From: Minisyncoccota bacterium
GTDB lineage: Bacteria > Patescibacteriota > Minisyncoccia > JAHIHE01 > JAGLIN01
Length of the DNA stretch: 64,000 nt
NCBI GenBank assembly: GCA_041661265.1
Contig: JBAZUT010000001.1
Span: 197,310 to 261,309, forward strand
Direction of reading: 5' to 3'
The notes below the pieces were generated by a model, which did no database searches, was not told where the DNA came from, and saw only the letters and a program-made list of their open reading frames with translations. Below, piece after piece: positions 28,104-37,441 of this stretch. Made by a program: the position numbers and the translations under genes. Position 1 is the stretch's first letter. Each line of letters starts with the position of its first letter.

Positions 28104-28130
28104 TGACAAAATTTGTGGATATGATATAAT
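28104..28130 (+). promoter_or_regulatory. sigma70-like promoter (TTGACA-N15-TATAAT) with about 170-nt structured leader
   Basis: TTGACA at 28104-28109 and TATAAT at 28125-28130. The leader 28131-28302 contains several inverted repeats. Confidence 0.45.
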
Positions 28131-28302
28131 AAGCAGTTGATTTATGATCTTTGAATACAGTGCAATTTATAGCAGATTTAGAGCCCGCACAGGAAACGAG
28201 CTATAAAGCTGCTATAAATCTATGCATAGTAGCGGTTTAATCCCGAATCCTAGGAAATTGGGATTAAGCAATTGTATATGAAAAATTACGGAGGAAATGT
28301 AT

Positions 28303-28710
28303 ATGAGCAATGTAATATCAAGACTATTGGAACTGTTGTTTGGAAAGAAATTTGGCTTAAAAGAAGCCCGGCTACTGCAAGAAGCATTGGAAGATGGCAA
28401 GAAAGTGAGCATTGACACAGTAACTGCAATGCTTAACATTCTCGACGTCGAAAACACTGTTAAAGCAGACATCCAGAAGGAAGTTGCCATGATGACCAAA
28501 GAGGTCTCTGAGCTAAGCACGGCAAATACCCAGATAACAACTGCGGAAGAACAGGCAGAAAAAGCTCTGCTAGAACAGATCGAGCAGCTCAGGAAAGCAA
28601 GAGAGGAAGCTGCAACGGAAGCAGAAGAAGTTGTTGCTGCCAACACAGCAGCCAAGAAAGATCTCCAAGAAAACATCGAGGAGACGAACAGTCTAGCCAT
28701 ATATGGCTAA
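28303..28710 (+). CDS. hypothetical coiled-coil protein (135 aa)
   Basis: RBS GGAGG then ATG (MSNVIS). Ala/Glu-rich heptads. Confidence 0.5.
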   Translation: MSNVISRLLELLFGKKFGLKEARLLQEALEDGKKVSIDTVTAMLNILDVENTVKADIQKEVAMMTKEVSELSTANTQITTAEEQAEKALLEQIEQLRKAREEAATEAEEVVAANTAAKKDLQENIEETNSLAIYG

Positions 28711-28792
28711 ACCAAACAAGTAATAAGACCTTCTCAAAGAATGAGAAAACCACCTTATTACTTTTTTCATATCCAAAAAAAATGAGGAAATC

Positions 28793-29254
28793 CTATTCCT
28801 CTTTTTTATTATATTCTTTTTTGAAATACTCCTTCAGTTCAAGCTCACCCTTGTCTGTCATGTGAATAATTTGCTCAGCCGGATATTCCACGATTTTAAC
28901 AAGGCTATTATTGATCAGGAAATCAACTGTGCCAGGAGGAGCATTGTTCTCGAAGTCAGACTTTTTCATCCCCTTTCTGTTGTTCCCGATCTCCATTCTG
29001 TTCTTTATGTTTTCCAAAACGATCATCGACCGGTATTCGGTGACATATTCCTGCACTTTGGCGGAAATCTCGATCTTGGAGTCTTCGCCTGGCGCAGCTA
29101 TCCAGCCCAGTTTATCCTTAATCAGGAAGATCAGCCCGTCGGACGCCTCTTTTCTTAGGGAAGCAAGAGTTAATTCTCCATCTCTTATCCGGACAACAAG
29201 CCCGATAGCCTCCGGAAATGAAATATTTTCATCTATCTTATTAATTTCGTGCAA
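28793..29254 (-). CDS. hypothetical protein (153 aa)
   Basis: ORF in an operon-like array downstream of tsaE. No motif recognised. Confidence 0.5.
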   Translation of the reverse strand: MHEINKIDENISFPEAIGLVVRIRDGELTLASLRKEASDGLIFLIKDKLGWIAAPGEDSKIEISAKVQEYVTEYRSMIVLENIKNRMEIGNNRKGMKKSDFENNAPPGTVDFLINNSLVKIVEYPAEQIIHMTDKGELELKEYFKKEYNKKEE

Positions 29255-29332
29255 TCAAATCACATCCTCTTAAGTCGCCCTTAAGTAATGTAAAATTATC
29301 AAAACATCGGGTCCTTGTCAATGACTCCCGAT

Positions 29333-29641
29333 TCAAATTTCGTCCGGAGTTATCGTGTCAGGCTCTTCTTTGCTCTCTTTCAATTCTTCCTTAGACTCCC
29401 GCACTGCCCCTGCTCCCGGAACAGAACCTTCCAGCCTTTCAATTCTCCCCTTCAGTGACCCGATCTCATCGAGCAGGCTTCCATCAACTTTTTTTTCTTC
29501 CAGCACCTTGAGATCGTCCTTCAGTTTCGCTACTTCGGATTCCCTTTTTTGAACAGCCTGACTGATCTTAATATCGATCCTCTTTTCCAGCTTTTCTTCA
29601 AGGTCGCTTAATCTCCCGTCAAGATATGCTTTTGTGATCAT
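29333..29641 (-). CDS. hypothetical coiled-coil protein (102 aa)
   Basis: Leu-heptad coiled coil. Possible division/structural protein by composition only. Confidence 0.45.
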   Translation of the reverse strand: MITKAYLDGRLSDLEEKLEKRIDIKISQAVQKRESEVAKLKDDLKVLEEKKVDGSLLDEIGSLKGRIERLEGSVPGAGAVRESKEELKESKEEPDTITPDEI

Positions 29642-29722
29642 AAAAAATCATTTTAACCTATTAGCATTTTAACATGTCGGCATGCTGATACAATAAAAAT
29701 AATATCATTTGTCTCAGTTTCA

Positions 29723-30187
29723 TTATGAAAGTTCGATTCTCCTGGTGTTTTCGTCAACGACCTCGAATTTCAAATTCAATCTTTTTCTGGGCAATGCTTC
29801 TTTGATCTTTTCGGGCCATTCAATGATGACTATATTGTTTTCTCCATGCAATATCTCTTCAAAACCGAGATCCGAGACTTCCTTCGCCTCCCGAATCCTA
29901 TAGCAATCAAAATGATAAAGCGTATATTTCTTATTCTTTTTTGAGGAATATTTTTTCATTATCACAAAAGTCGGACTGTTTACGATCCCCCCGACTCCAA
30001 GTTCTTCGGCAAGCGATTTCGTAAATGCAGTTTTCCCGGAACCAAGTTCCCCCGAAAGGCAGATGAGCCAATTGGAGTTTTTTTTCTTGTTCGCCTCAAG
30101 CCATCCGCGAAGAAGGATCTTCGCCAGGACCCGCGTATCTGCCGGACTTTCCGAGAAAACGATTTTTCTTTTCATAATCTTTTTCAA
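29723..30187 (-). CDS. tsaE: tRNA threonylcarbamoyladenosine biosynthesis protein TsaE
   Basis: LSGELGSGKTAFTKS Walker A, SPTF, LYHFDCYRI, IEW motifs of the YjeE/TsaE family. Confidence 0.75.
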   Translation of the reverse strand: MKKIMKRKIVFSESPADTRVLAKILLRGWLEANKKKNSNWLICLSGELGSGKTAFTKSLAEELGVGGIVNSPTFVIMKKYSSKKNKKYTLYHFDCYRIREAKEVSDLGFEEILHGENNIVIIEWPEKIKEALPRKRLNLKFEVVDENTRRIELS

Positions 30188-30377
30188 TAGATTTATTCCG
30201 TAACTCAGCCATAATCATCCCGTTAAACGGATATTTGTGGCTATGCTAATTATATCACTTCCTCAATGAATATATCAATCTGCAGCCTGGGCATACGCAA
30301 ATCCTCGCAAAATCCGCACCCCCTTGACGAATGCTTGCCGATGTAATAGAATGTTTAGATTTAGACACAAATGGCTA

Positions 30378-30406
30378 TTGACACCCGAAAAATATGCTGT
30401 TAGAAT
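30378..30406 (+). promoter_or_regulatory. sigma70-consensus promoter (TTGACA-N17-TAGAAT)
   Basis: TTGACA at 30378-30383 and TAGAAT at 30401-30406. Confidence 0.45.
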
Positions 30407-30442
30407 GTTTAATCAACCGATATAATACCTCTAATTAACGCT

Positions 30443-31579
30443 ATGGCGCTTTCACCAAAAGAACAAATAATAGACCAGATCAACAAGAGCGAGACCATTT
30501 TGATATGTACCAGCAAAAACCCGAATGGTGATGCCCTAGGCGCTGCCTTGGGTTTTTATTTGGCCCTGAAGAAACTCGGGAAGAAAACCGATATAGTAAG
30601 CCCCACCGGAATAGTGAGCAAATATCTGTTCCTTCCGTCTGCGAACCTCATCACTCACAAACTGGAAGGCGCAAAGGACTATGTCCTTTCTTTGGACATA
30701 GATAAAGAGAAGCTGCAACAGCTCAGATACGAGGTCAGTGAAAAGAAACTGAGGATCTATATCACTGCAAAAAGCGGAGAATTGAAAGAAAACAACATAT
30801 CGATCGAGTCTGCAAGATTCAAATATGACCTCATTATCGTCGTTGGAACGGGAGATCTTGAGAACCTGGGAACTATCTATGATGACAATTCGGAGCTCTT
30901 TTATGAAGCTCCGGTTGTTAATATAGATCACAATCCGTCAAATGAATATTTCGGAAAAATAAACCTTGTGGATGTCACGGTTTCATCCAGTTCGGAAATA
31001 ATTTTCAACCTGATATCATCCATCGACGAAAAACTATTTGACGAAAACATATCGACAAATCTGCTTGCGGGAATCATCTCCGAAACAGAAAGCTTCCAGA
31101 ACAAAAATACGACGCCAAAAGCATTCCTGGCGGCCGCATCGCTTGTTTCATTCGGGGCGAATAAACAGAATATAACCAGATTCCTATATAAGACGAAATC
31201 CATTTCACTCCTGAAACTGATGGGCAAGGTCATGTCCAATTTGAAATACAACAGCCAATACAAACTCGGATGGTCCGTCATCAATGAAGAGTTCGCGTCC
31301 GACGACGCGCAATTGGAAAACCTGCGGACAGCGATAAAAGAACTCGGCAGCAGTTCTCCGGAGTTCAGTCTTCTTTTTGTTCTTTTTAAGCAGAACAATG
31401 CGATAAAGGGAATTATAAATTTTTCGGAAAAAGCCCCCATAGACTCCCTCGCCAGATCGTTTGGCGGAGAAGTTGACAATGGACAGATCGTATTTGCCAG
31501 CAAGGAACAGCTCATAGAGAATGCGGAAAAAGAAACATTGAAAAATATCAAGGACTGGGCCGATGGCCTGAAAGGATAG
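30443..31579 (+). CDS. DHH-family phosphoesterase (NrnA-like) with DHH1 + DHHA1 domains
   Basis: NGDALGA (motif I) and NIDHNPSNEYFG (motif III, DHN variant of DHH). C-terminal DHHA1-like region with a G-rich tail. Confidence 0.65.
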   Translation: MALSPKEQIIDQINKSETILICTSKNPNGDALGAALGFYLALKKLGKKTDIVSPTGIVSKYLFLPSANLITHKLEGAKDYVLSLDIDKEKLQQLRYEVSEKKLRIYITAKSGELKENNISIESARFKYDLIIVVGTGDLENLGTIYDDNSELFYEAPVVNIDHNPSNEYFGKINLVDVTVSSSSEIIFNLISSIDEKLFDENISTNLLAGIISETESFQNKNTTPKAFLAAASLVSFGANKQNITRFLYKTKSISLLKLMGKVMSNLKYNSQYKLGWSVINEEFASDDAQLENLRTAIKELGSSSPEFSLLFVLFKQNNAIKGIINFSEKAPIDSLARSFGGEVDNGQIVFASKEQLIENAEKETLKNIKDWADGLKG

Positions 31580-31664
31580 ATCCGCTTCCAAACTATTATC
31601 ATATCGGTATCCGGCCTCGTGGCGGGGTATTTTTTATTTGTCATTTTTTTCTCAATAAAGTAAA

Positions 31665-33428
31665 ATGAAGACAGATAACCATTTATCGTTCAATCATATG
31701 CAGCACACAACCAAACAAGACGGTACATCCGCAGAAAGCACAAAGGTCAAAGATAAGATACAAGAAGAAACCCTTAAGCGGCTATACCACAAGAGCGAGG
31801 AAGAAAAAGCGAATGGAGTCGCCACCAGATTCAAACTGCCATATGTTGATTTGAGCCTGATCCCGGTTACGGACGATGCAGTTAATGCGATATCCGAGGA
31901 AGAAGCAAAAAAAGCGAACCTTGCAGTGATCTATAAGGTCGGCAAGAAATATCAGGTTGCCGTAACGGATCCCGAAAATTACGAAACGAAAAAGCTTCTG
32001 GAAAAAATAAAAAAAGATGAAGGCATAAACTACAGCCTGGTCATTGTCTCCAGCGACAGCCTGAACAAGGCATGGTCAAGCTATGGCAAGGGCAGCGTCT
32101 CCGAAACCTACGAAAACCAGGGAATGTCATTGAAACAGGAAGATCTCACGGAATTCGAAAAAGGCATAAACAATCTCATTGAACTGAAAAAAAGGATAGC
32201 CGAAATACACACGACTGAAGTTTTTAATATAGTCATGGCAGGAGCCATAAAGACCAAGGCAAGCGACGTGCATATAGAACCGCAAGAGAATCAGATAAGA
32301 TTGCGGTATAGGATCGATGGCGTGCTCCAGGATATAATCAATTTGCCGAAACAAGTCCATAAAACCATAGTTTCCAGGCTAAAAATGCTTTCAAAAATGA
32401 AATTAAACGTGTCAGATGTCCCCCAGGATGGACATTTCAGCATCGAACTTGAAAATACTACTGTCAACATCAGGGCCTCGATCCTCCCCACCAGTTTCGG
32501 AGAAAGCATCGTAATGAGGCTTCTCTCGGAAAGCTCTATAGGCCTGAAACTGGATGAGCTTGGCTTCAATCAATATTATCTCGAGTTCATCGAAGAACAA
32601 ATGCTGAAACCGAATGGAATGGTCCTCACTACCGGACCGACCGGAAGCGGAAAAACCACGACGCTATACGCCATGATACATCGCCTCAATGAGCCGAGTG
32701 AAAAGATCATAACTCTGGAAAATCCGGTGGAATATAAAGTGGAAGGCATAACCCAGACCGAGGTCGGAGAAAATATGCAGATAACATTTGCCGAGGGCCT
32801 GAGATCGGTCGTCAGGCAAGACCCTGATATCATAATGGTCGGAGAGATCAGAGATGCCGAAACTGCCGAAACTGCCGTTCAGGCCGCTCTAACCGGACAT
32901 CTGGTGCTCTCGACGCTACACACGAACAGCGCTGCCGGCGCGATTCCAAGGCTTCTCCATCTCAAAGTGAATCCCGCCTTGATCGCACCGTCCATAAACG
33001 CGATAATCGCCCAGAGACTCGTCAGAAAACTCTGCACGCACTGCAAAGAAGAATATGTACCTGCCCAAGAAACAATAGACAAGGTCAAGGAAATAATCGA
33101 CCAGATCCCAAAAAATGACGGCTTGGGCATTCCGACGGAAATCAAGGTTCTCTACAGGAGCAGAGGATGCGCAAAGTGCAACTTCATCGGATATTCAGGA
33201 CGAATCGGAATATATGAAATGTTCGGCATGTCGCCCGGCATAGAAAAGATCATCTTGGGCGATACATCGTCATCTCAAATGCTTGAAGCGGCTCGAAAAG
33301 ACGGAATGATAACCATGAAAGAAGACGGGATACTGAAAGCGCTGAATGGCGTAACTTCGCTCGAAGAAATAAGAAGGGTCACCGGAGAAATTTTCAGCAA
33401 AAAGGAACTGATGAATAAAGAATTATAA
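31665..33428 (+). CDS. pilB: type IV pilus assembly ATPase PilB (GspE family)
   Basis: Walker A GPTGSGKTTT. Asp box, Walker B DPDIIMVGEIRD, His box LVLSTLHTN. Tetracysteine C.C...C.KC zinc motif. 587 aa. Confidence 0.85.
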   Translation: MKTDNHLSFNHMQHTTKQDGTSAESTKVKDKIQEETLKRLYHKSEEEKANGVATRFKLPYVDLSLIPVTDDAVNAISEEEAKKANLAVIYKVGKKYQVAVTDPENYETKKLLEKIKKDEGINYSLVIVSSDSLNKAWSSYGKGSVSETYENQGMSLKQEDLTEFEKGINNLIELKKRIAEIHTTEVFNIVMAGAIKTKASDVHIEPQENQIRLRYRIDGVLQDIINLPKQVHKTIVSRLKMLSKMKLNVSDVPQDGHFSIELENTTVNIRASILPTSFGESIVMRLLSESSIGLKLDELGFNQYYLEFIEEQMLKPNGMVLTTGPTGSGKTTTLYAMIHRLNEPSEKIITLENPVEYKVEGITQTEVGENMQITFAEGLRSVVRQDPDIIMVGEIRDAETAETAVQAALTGHLVLSTLHTNSAAGAIPRLLHLKVNPALIAPSINAIIAQRLVRKLCTHCKEEYVPAQETIDKVKEIIDQIPKNDGLGIPTEIKVLYRSRGCAKCNFIGYSGRIGIYEMFGMSPGIEKIILGDTSSSQMLEAARKDGMITMKEDGILKALNGVTSLEEIRRVTGEIFSKKELMNKEL

Positions 33429-33485
33429 TATCCCCTATCAAAAATACCCCGCCACAGCGGGGGTTTTTTGTGCTATTATATATGA

Positions 33486-34481
33486 TTACTTAAAAGCTTC
33501 GTACTTCCCGAAATATTCGCTTGCCATTCTCTCGTTGCCTATTTTCCTGAATACGCTGCCCAGCCAGAAAAACGTTTCTCCATTATGACCGTCAAGCTTA
33601 AGTGCTCTCGCCAGATCATCCAGCGAGGATGCGTAATCTTCGGTCATAAAATGCGATTTTCCGAGCATGATCCATGCGTCTCTGTATGACTCGTCGGAAG
33701 TGACCGCTTTTTGGGCCCTGTTTATAGCGAGGTAAGGTTCCTGCAAAGAGTTGTAAAGAGAAGCCGCCATAATATCGCTAAAACCGTTATTATATTTGCT
33801 GTTATATTTTCCGATAAAATTGTCTATCTCCCTGACCTTCCACCCGTATTCATCGGAAGACCTGATCTCATCCAAATATGAGTTTGGGGATATGTTCCTA
33901 TCGAACTCAAGAAGACCAACATTATACAACAATTCCTCGTTGCCCTTGCCCTCCGGAATTTCCGAATAGAGACTTCTCAGGATGTTTCCGGCAATATCCA
34001 TTTCCCCCTTGGCCATGAAAACCTTGGACCTCTTTATGCCAAGATCCAATTTAGTTTTCGGACCATCATTATATTGAATGGCATTATTATAAAAACTTAT
34101 AGCCCTATCAAGATCTTTTTTCTTATAATACAGGCTTCCCAAAAGCCCATATGCTTCATATCTTCTCTTTTCTTCTATTATGGCCTGCGTAAATTCTTTT
34201 TCAGCCTCATCTAATTTTCCAAATTTAAAAAATATCTCCCCTCTTCTGATCTTTGAAAGATAGGAAATTTCTCTGCCATCATCAAGCTTGTCGGCGTAAT
34301 AATAGTCCCTAAGAGCTCCGTTGTAATCCGAACCTGCCAGCTTCGAGTTGCCTTCATTGATATAGCCGTTTGCAAATCCTTCCGTCCATCTTTGGAATAC
34401 GGCCAATAGCAAAAAAACCAGCAATGCCGCCAAAAATAATCTCTTATTTATCTTGTATTTAAGTTCTTTTGCCGATATCAT
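33486..34481 (-). CDS. tetratricopeptide-repeat protein with N-terminal membrane anchor
   Basis: N-terminal TM. Multiple TPR-like A/Y/L patterns (AISFYNNAIQY, AWIMLGKSHF, etc.). Confidence 0.55.
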   Translation of the reverse strand: MISAKELKYKINKRLFLAALLVFLLLAVFQRWTEGFANGYINEGNSKLAGSDYNGALRDYYYADKLDDGREISYLSKIRRGEIFFKFGKLDEAEKEFTQAIIEEKRRYEAYGLLGSLYYKKKDLDRAISFYNNAIQYNDGPKTKLDLGIKRSKVFMAKGEMDIAGNILRSLYSEIPEGKGNEELLYNVGLLEFDRNISPNSYLDEIRSSDEYGWKVREIDNFIGKYNSKYNNGFSDIMAASLYNSLQEPYLAINRAQKAVTSDESYRDAWIMLGKSHFMTEDYASSLDDLARALKLDGHNGETFFWLGSVFRKIGNERMASEYFGKYEAFK

Positions 34482-34538
34482 GATATTTTTTAACTGATAT
34501 CAGTATAGCATATCGAAGACATAAAAAAAATCGCCGGG

Positions 34539-34859
34539 CTATTTAACTTTTTTTGATAAATATCTCCTGCGACAAGAAGCGTATGTCCTCCTTATAAATG
34601 GCACCAGATCCACATATGCCAGCCATATGATCGAAACCGCTCCAAGAAGCAGGATCGAAATAAATCCGACGCCGAATCCCAACCGGGTCCTTCCGATAAA
34701 GATCGTGGAAAGCGCACACAATATGGCGACGATAAAAACAATGGCGCAGAGCTTGAAAATAACTGTTTTTTCGAACTCAAGCTGACGATCTGTCCTTTCC
34801 AATGCCCACTTCAAGCCGCTGTCCCGGATATGACTGAACTTATTTTCACCTTCTTTCAA
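34539..34859 (-). CDS. membrane protein, hypothetical (106 aa)
   Basis: Two hydrophobic helices. Confidence 0.4.
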   Translation of the reverse strand: MKEGENKFSHIRDSGLKWALERTDRQLEFEKTVIFKLCAIVFIVAILCALSTIFIGRTRLGFGVGFISILLLGAVSIIWLAYVDLVPFIRRTYASCRRRYLSKKVK

Positions 34860-35077
34860 TGTGCCTCACCTCTGGAAGGAATCATAACAGATTGATTAAA
34901 ACGGTCAAACAAAACAAAAAAGCTCAATAATTTGTAGGCAGCTAGGTTCTCAATTTAAAATAAAATTAAGACTGGAGAAATTACCGAGGAATAGACCAGC
35001 AAAAACCAGACTACCCAAATCTGGGACAATTGCCCCGACTACCTACAAGTTACCGAACTTTTTGTAAAATAAAGCAC

Positions 35078-35146
35078 TATTCGAGTTAACATTGAATATT
35101 AGCAGACATTCGAATAGTTGTCAATACCCTGTATTTTGGCTATAAT
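35078..35146 (+). promoter_or_regulatory. ruvB promoter (TTGTCA-N17-TATAAT) with upstream inverted repeat CTATTCGA-N24-TCGAATAG abutting the -35
   Basis: TTGTCA at 35118-35123 and TATAAT at 35141-35146. Inverted-repeat arms at 35078-35085 and 35110-35117. Confidence 0.45.
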
Positions 35147-35219
35147 GGCTATATGCGGTGATGCTAAAAGAGCCCTTTTAAAAAGCTCCGGCTCTATTAT
35201 ATATAAACGTTATAAATAC

Positions 35220-36233
35220 ATGGAAATTACAGATCCAATCGAAAAAGATGATGACAAAAAATTCGAATATACGCTTAGGCCTTCGAAATTGGACGAATTT
35301 ATCGGCCAGCAGAAGATCAAGGATAACATCGACATCTCGATAAGGGCGGCCAAGAAAAGGAACGAGCCGATCGATCATATCCTATTCCACGGACCGAGCG
35401 GCCTTGGAAAAACAACGCTTTCCCACCTTGTCGCGAACGAAATGGGAAAGAACATAAAGATCACATCCGGCCCGTCAGTCGAAAAAGTCGGTGATATAGG
35501 AGCGATCCTGACCAACATGGAGGACGGTGACATTCTTTTCATAGACGAGATCCATCGCCTCAACAAATTGATCGAGGAGGTGCTCTATCCTGCAATGGAA
35601 GATTACGCGCTGGACATAATAATCGGCAAAGGACCTTCAGCAAGAACTATCAGACTGGATCTTCCGAAATTCACGCTGATCGGCGCAACAACCAGAATCG
35701 ACCTCATCTCTTCTCCCCTCCTGAATCGTTTCGGACTGACCCATAGACTGGATTATTATGAGAACAATGAGATAAAAAAGATAATCACCCGCTCATGCAA
35801 GATCCTGGACATTGAGATCGACGACATTTCAGCTGAGATCATTGCATCGAGTTCAAGACAGACACCAAGGATCGCCAACAGGCTCCTGCGAAGAGTCAGG
35901 GATTATGCCCAAGTCAAAGGAGACGGGATCATAGATGAAAAGTCCACGGTCGAAACATTGAAGCATCTGGAGATAGACCGTTACGGACTAGACCCGACAG
36001 ACAGAAAAATACTTGAAATAATAATCAACAAATTCGATAACAGCCCCGTAGGCCTGTCCACGCTTGCGGCCAGCATCTCGGAAAATGAAGACACCATAGA
36101 AAATGTCTACGAACCGTATCTGCTGAAACTCGGTTTTATCATGAGAACGCCCAGGGGAAGAAGAGTTACCAAACTGGCATATGAACATCTGGGAATAGAG
36201 ATGCCGGAAGACAAACAAAATGCTCTGCTTTAA
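35220..36233 (+). CDS. ruvB: Holliday junction DNA helicase RuvB
   Basis: Walker [10 protein letters not shown]. Walker [11 protein letters not shown]. Sensor motifs and C-terminal winged helix. Start ATG at 35220 (MEITDP) fits the promoter; the track ORF begins at 35118. Confidence 0.9.
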   Translation: MEITDPIEKDDDKKFEYTLRPSKLDEFIGQQKIKDNIDISIRAAKKRNEPIDHILFHGPSGLGKTTLSHLVANEMGKNIKITSGPSVEKVGDIGAILTNMEDGDILFIDEIHRLNKLIEEVLYPAMEDYALDIIIGKGPSARTIRLDLPKFTLIGATTRIDLISSPLLNRFGLTHRLDYYENNEIKKIITRSCKILDIEIDDISAEIIASSSRQTPRIANRLLRRVRDYAQVKGDGIIDEKSTVETLKHLEIDRYGLDPTDRKILEIIINKFDNSPVGLSTLAASISENEDTIENVYEPYLLKLGFIMRTPRGRRVTKLAYEHLGIEMPEDKQNALL

Positions 36234-36251
36234 TCCAGCTCACAAAACAGC

Positions 36252-36524
36252 ATGACAAATTTTATTATCAACGGAATTGTATTTGTCCTTATGCCGCTAG
36301 GGATATATTTCATCCTGGGCTACCTTGTATTCTACCATCTGCGGGCCTATGGATTAACGGGAGATCAAACAAAAAATACTGCTTATAAATTCACCGCCGT
36401 CCTTATTCTGATCACAATTATGATAGTTATCGTGTTCCTTTCGATAGACTGGAATGCCGGAAGCGCCGAGGATTTTTTTTCAAGATCAAGTAAAATTTTA
36501 AATGGAGAAAATTATGAGCAATAG
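36252..36524 (+). CDS. small membrane protein (90 aa)
   Basis: Two hydrophobic helices. Confidence 0.4.
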   Translation: MTNFIINGIVFVLMPLGIYFILGYLVFYHLRAYGLTGDQTKNTAYKFTAVLILITIMIVIVFLSIDWNAGSAEDFFSRSSKILNGENYEQ

Positions 36525-37098
36525 CAACAAAGCAGAATCGTTTGAAGGCTATTCCTTCCCGGGACAAAGAAACGGAGAAACGATAAAGCTTATCATAAGA
36601 AGGCATGTTCTCATTTTAGTTTCTTATTTTGCCTATCTTTTCGTCATGGCCGCAATGCCGATTATTTTCTATCTGTTGGCGGTCCCGAACATGCTGCCGG
36701 CCTTTTATGAATATCCCTATGACAGGATGTTCGTCCTGCTCTGTCTTATATATTACGGATTCATCTGGATCGTAGCCTTTGTCATCTGGACCGACTATTA
36801 TCTTGATATATGGATAATAACAGACCAAAGACTTATCGACATCGAACAGGTAGGGTTCTTCTCGAGAGTGGTCTCTGAATTGGACTTGAAAAGGATTCAG
36901 GATATTACAAGCGAAGTGAAGGGAATGCCCCAAACGATGTTCGGATTCGGAGATGTTCATATACAAACAGCATCGGAACATACAAAATTCGACCTCACGT
37001 CTATCCCTCACCCCGTAATCACGAGAAGGGCCATCGTTGATCTTTATGAAGCGGCGAGAGAGAAGGACAGATTTATCTTTAAAGACAGGGACGAATAA
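36514..37098 (+). CDS. bacterial PH-domain membrane protein (YdbT/bPH_2-like)
   Basis: Two TM helices followed by a soluble domain with the ITDQRLI and GDV.I.T motifs typical of bPH_2. RBS GGAGAAA then ATG at 36514. Confidence 0.5.
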   Translation: MSNSNKAESFEGYSFPGQRNGETIKLIIRRHVLILVSYFAYLFVMAAMPIIFYLLAVPNMLPAFYEYPYDRMFVLLCLIYYGFIWIVAFVIWTDYYLDIWIITDQRLIDIEQVGFFSRVVSELDLKRIQDITSEVKGMPQTMFGFGDVHIQTASEHTKFDLTSIPHPVITRRAIVDLYEAAREKDRFIFKDRDE

Positions 37099-37441
37099 AT
37101 ATCCGACGTAAATTGCGGCTTGCCGATATCGCATCCCGGTATTTATTTTTGAAGCATTGATGCGCGGAAAATTTCCACAACACAAAAAGCTTGCTCATCC
37201 CGCCGTCCGGCCTGTCCGAAAGACAGGTTCTGAAAAAAATAAAAAGGCTTAACGCCTTTATTTTATCTTCGATCCAAAAAATCGAATAATTCTCTTTTTT
37301 TATTTATCTCCTCCTTCTTTTTATTTTTTTTGCCTTTATCACTGTCTTTTGTGTCATTTGTATTTTCCGAATTTTCATCTTTCATACTATCGCATCCGAC
37401 ATAATCCGATCCTTTGAGATATTATATAGCCACACCGAAAT

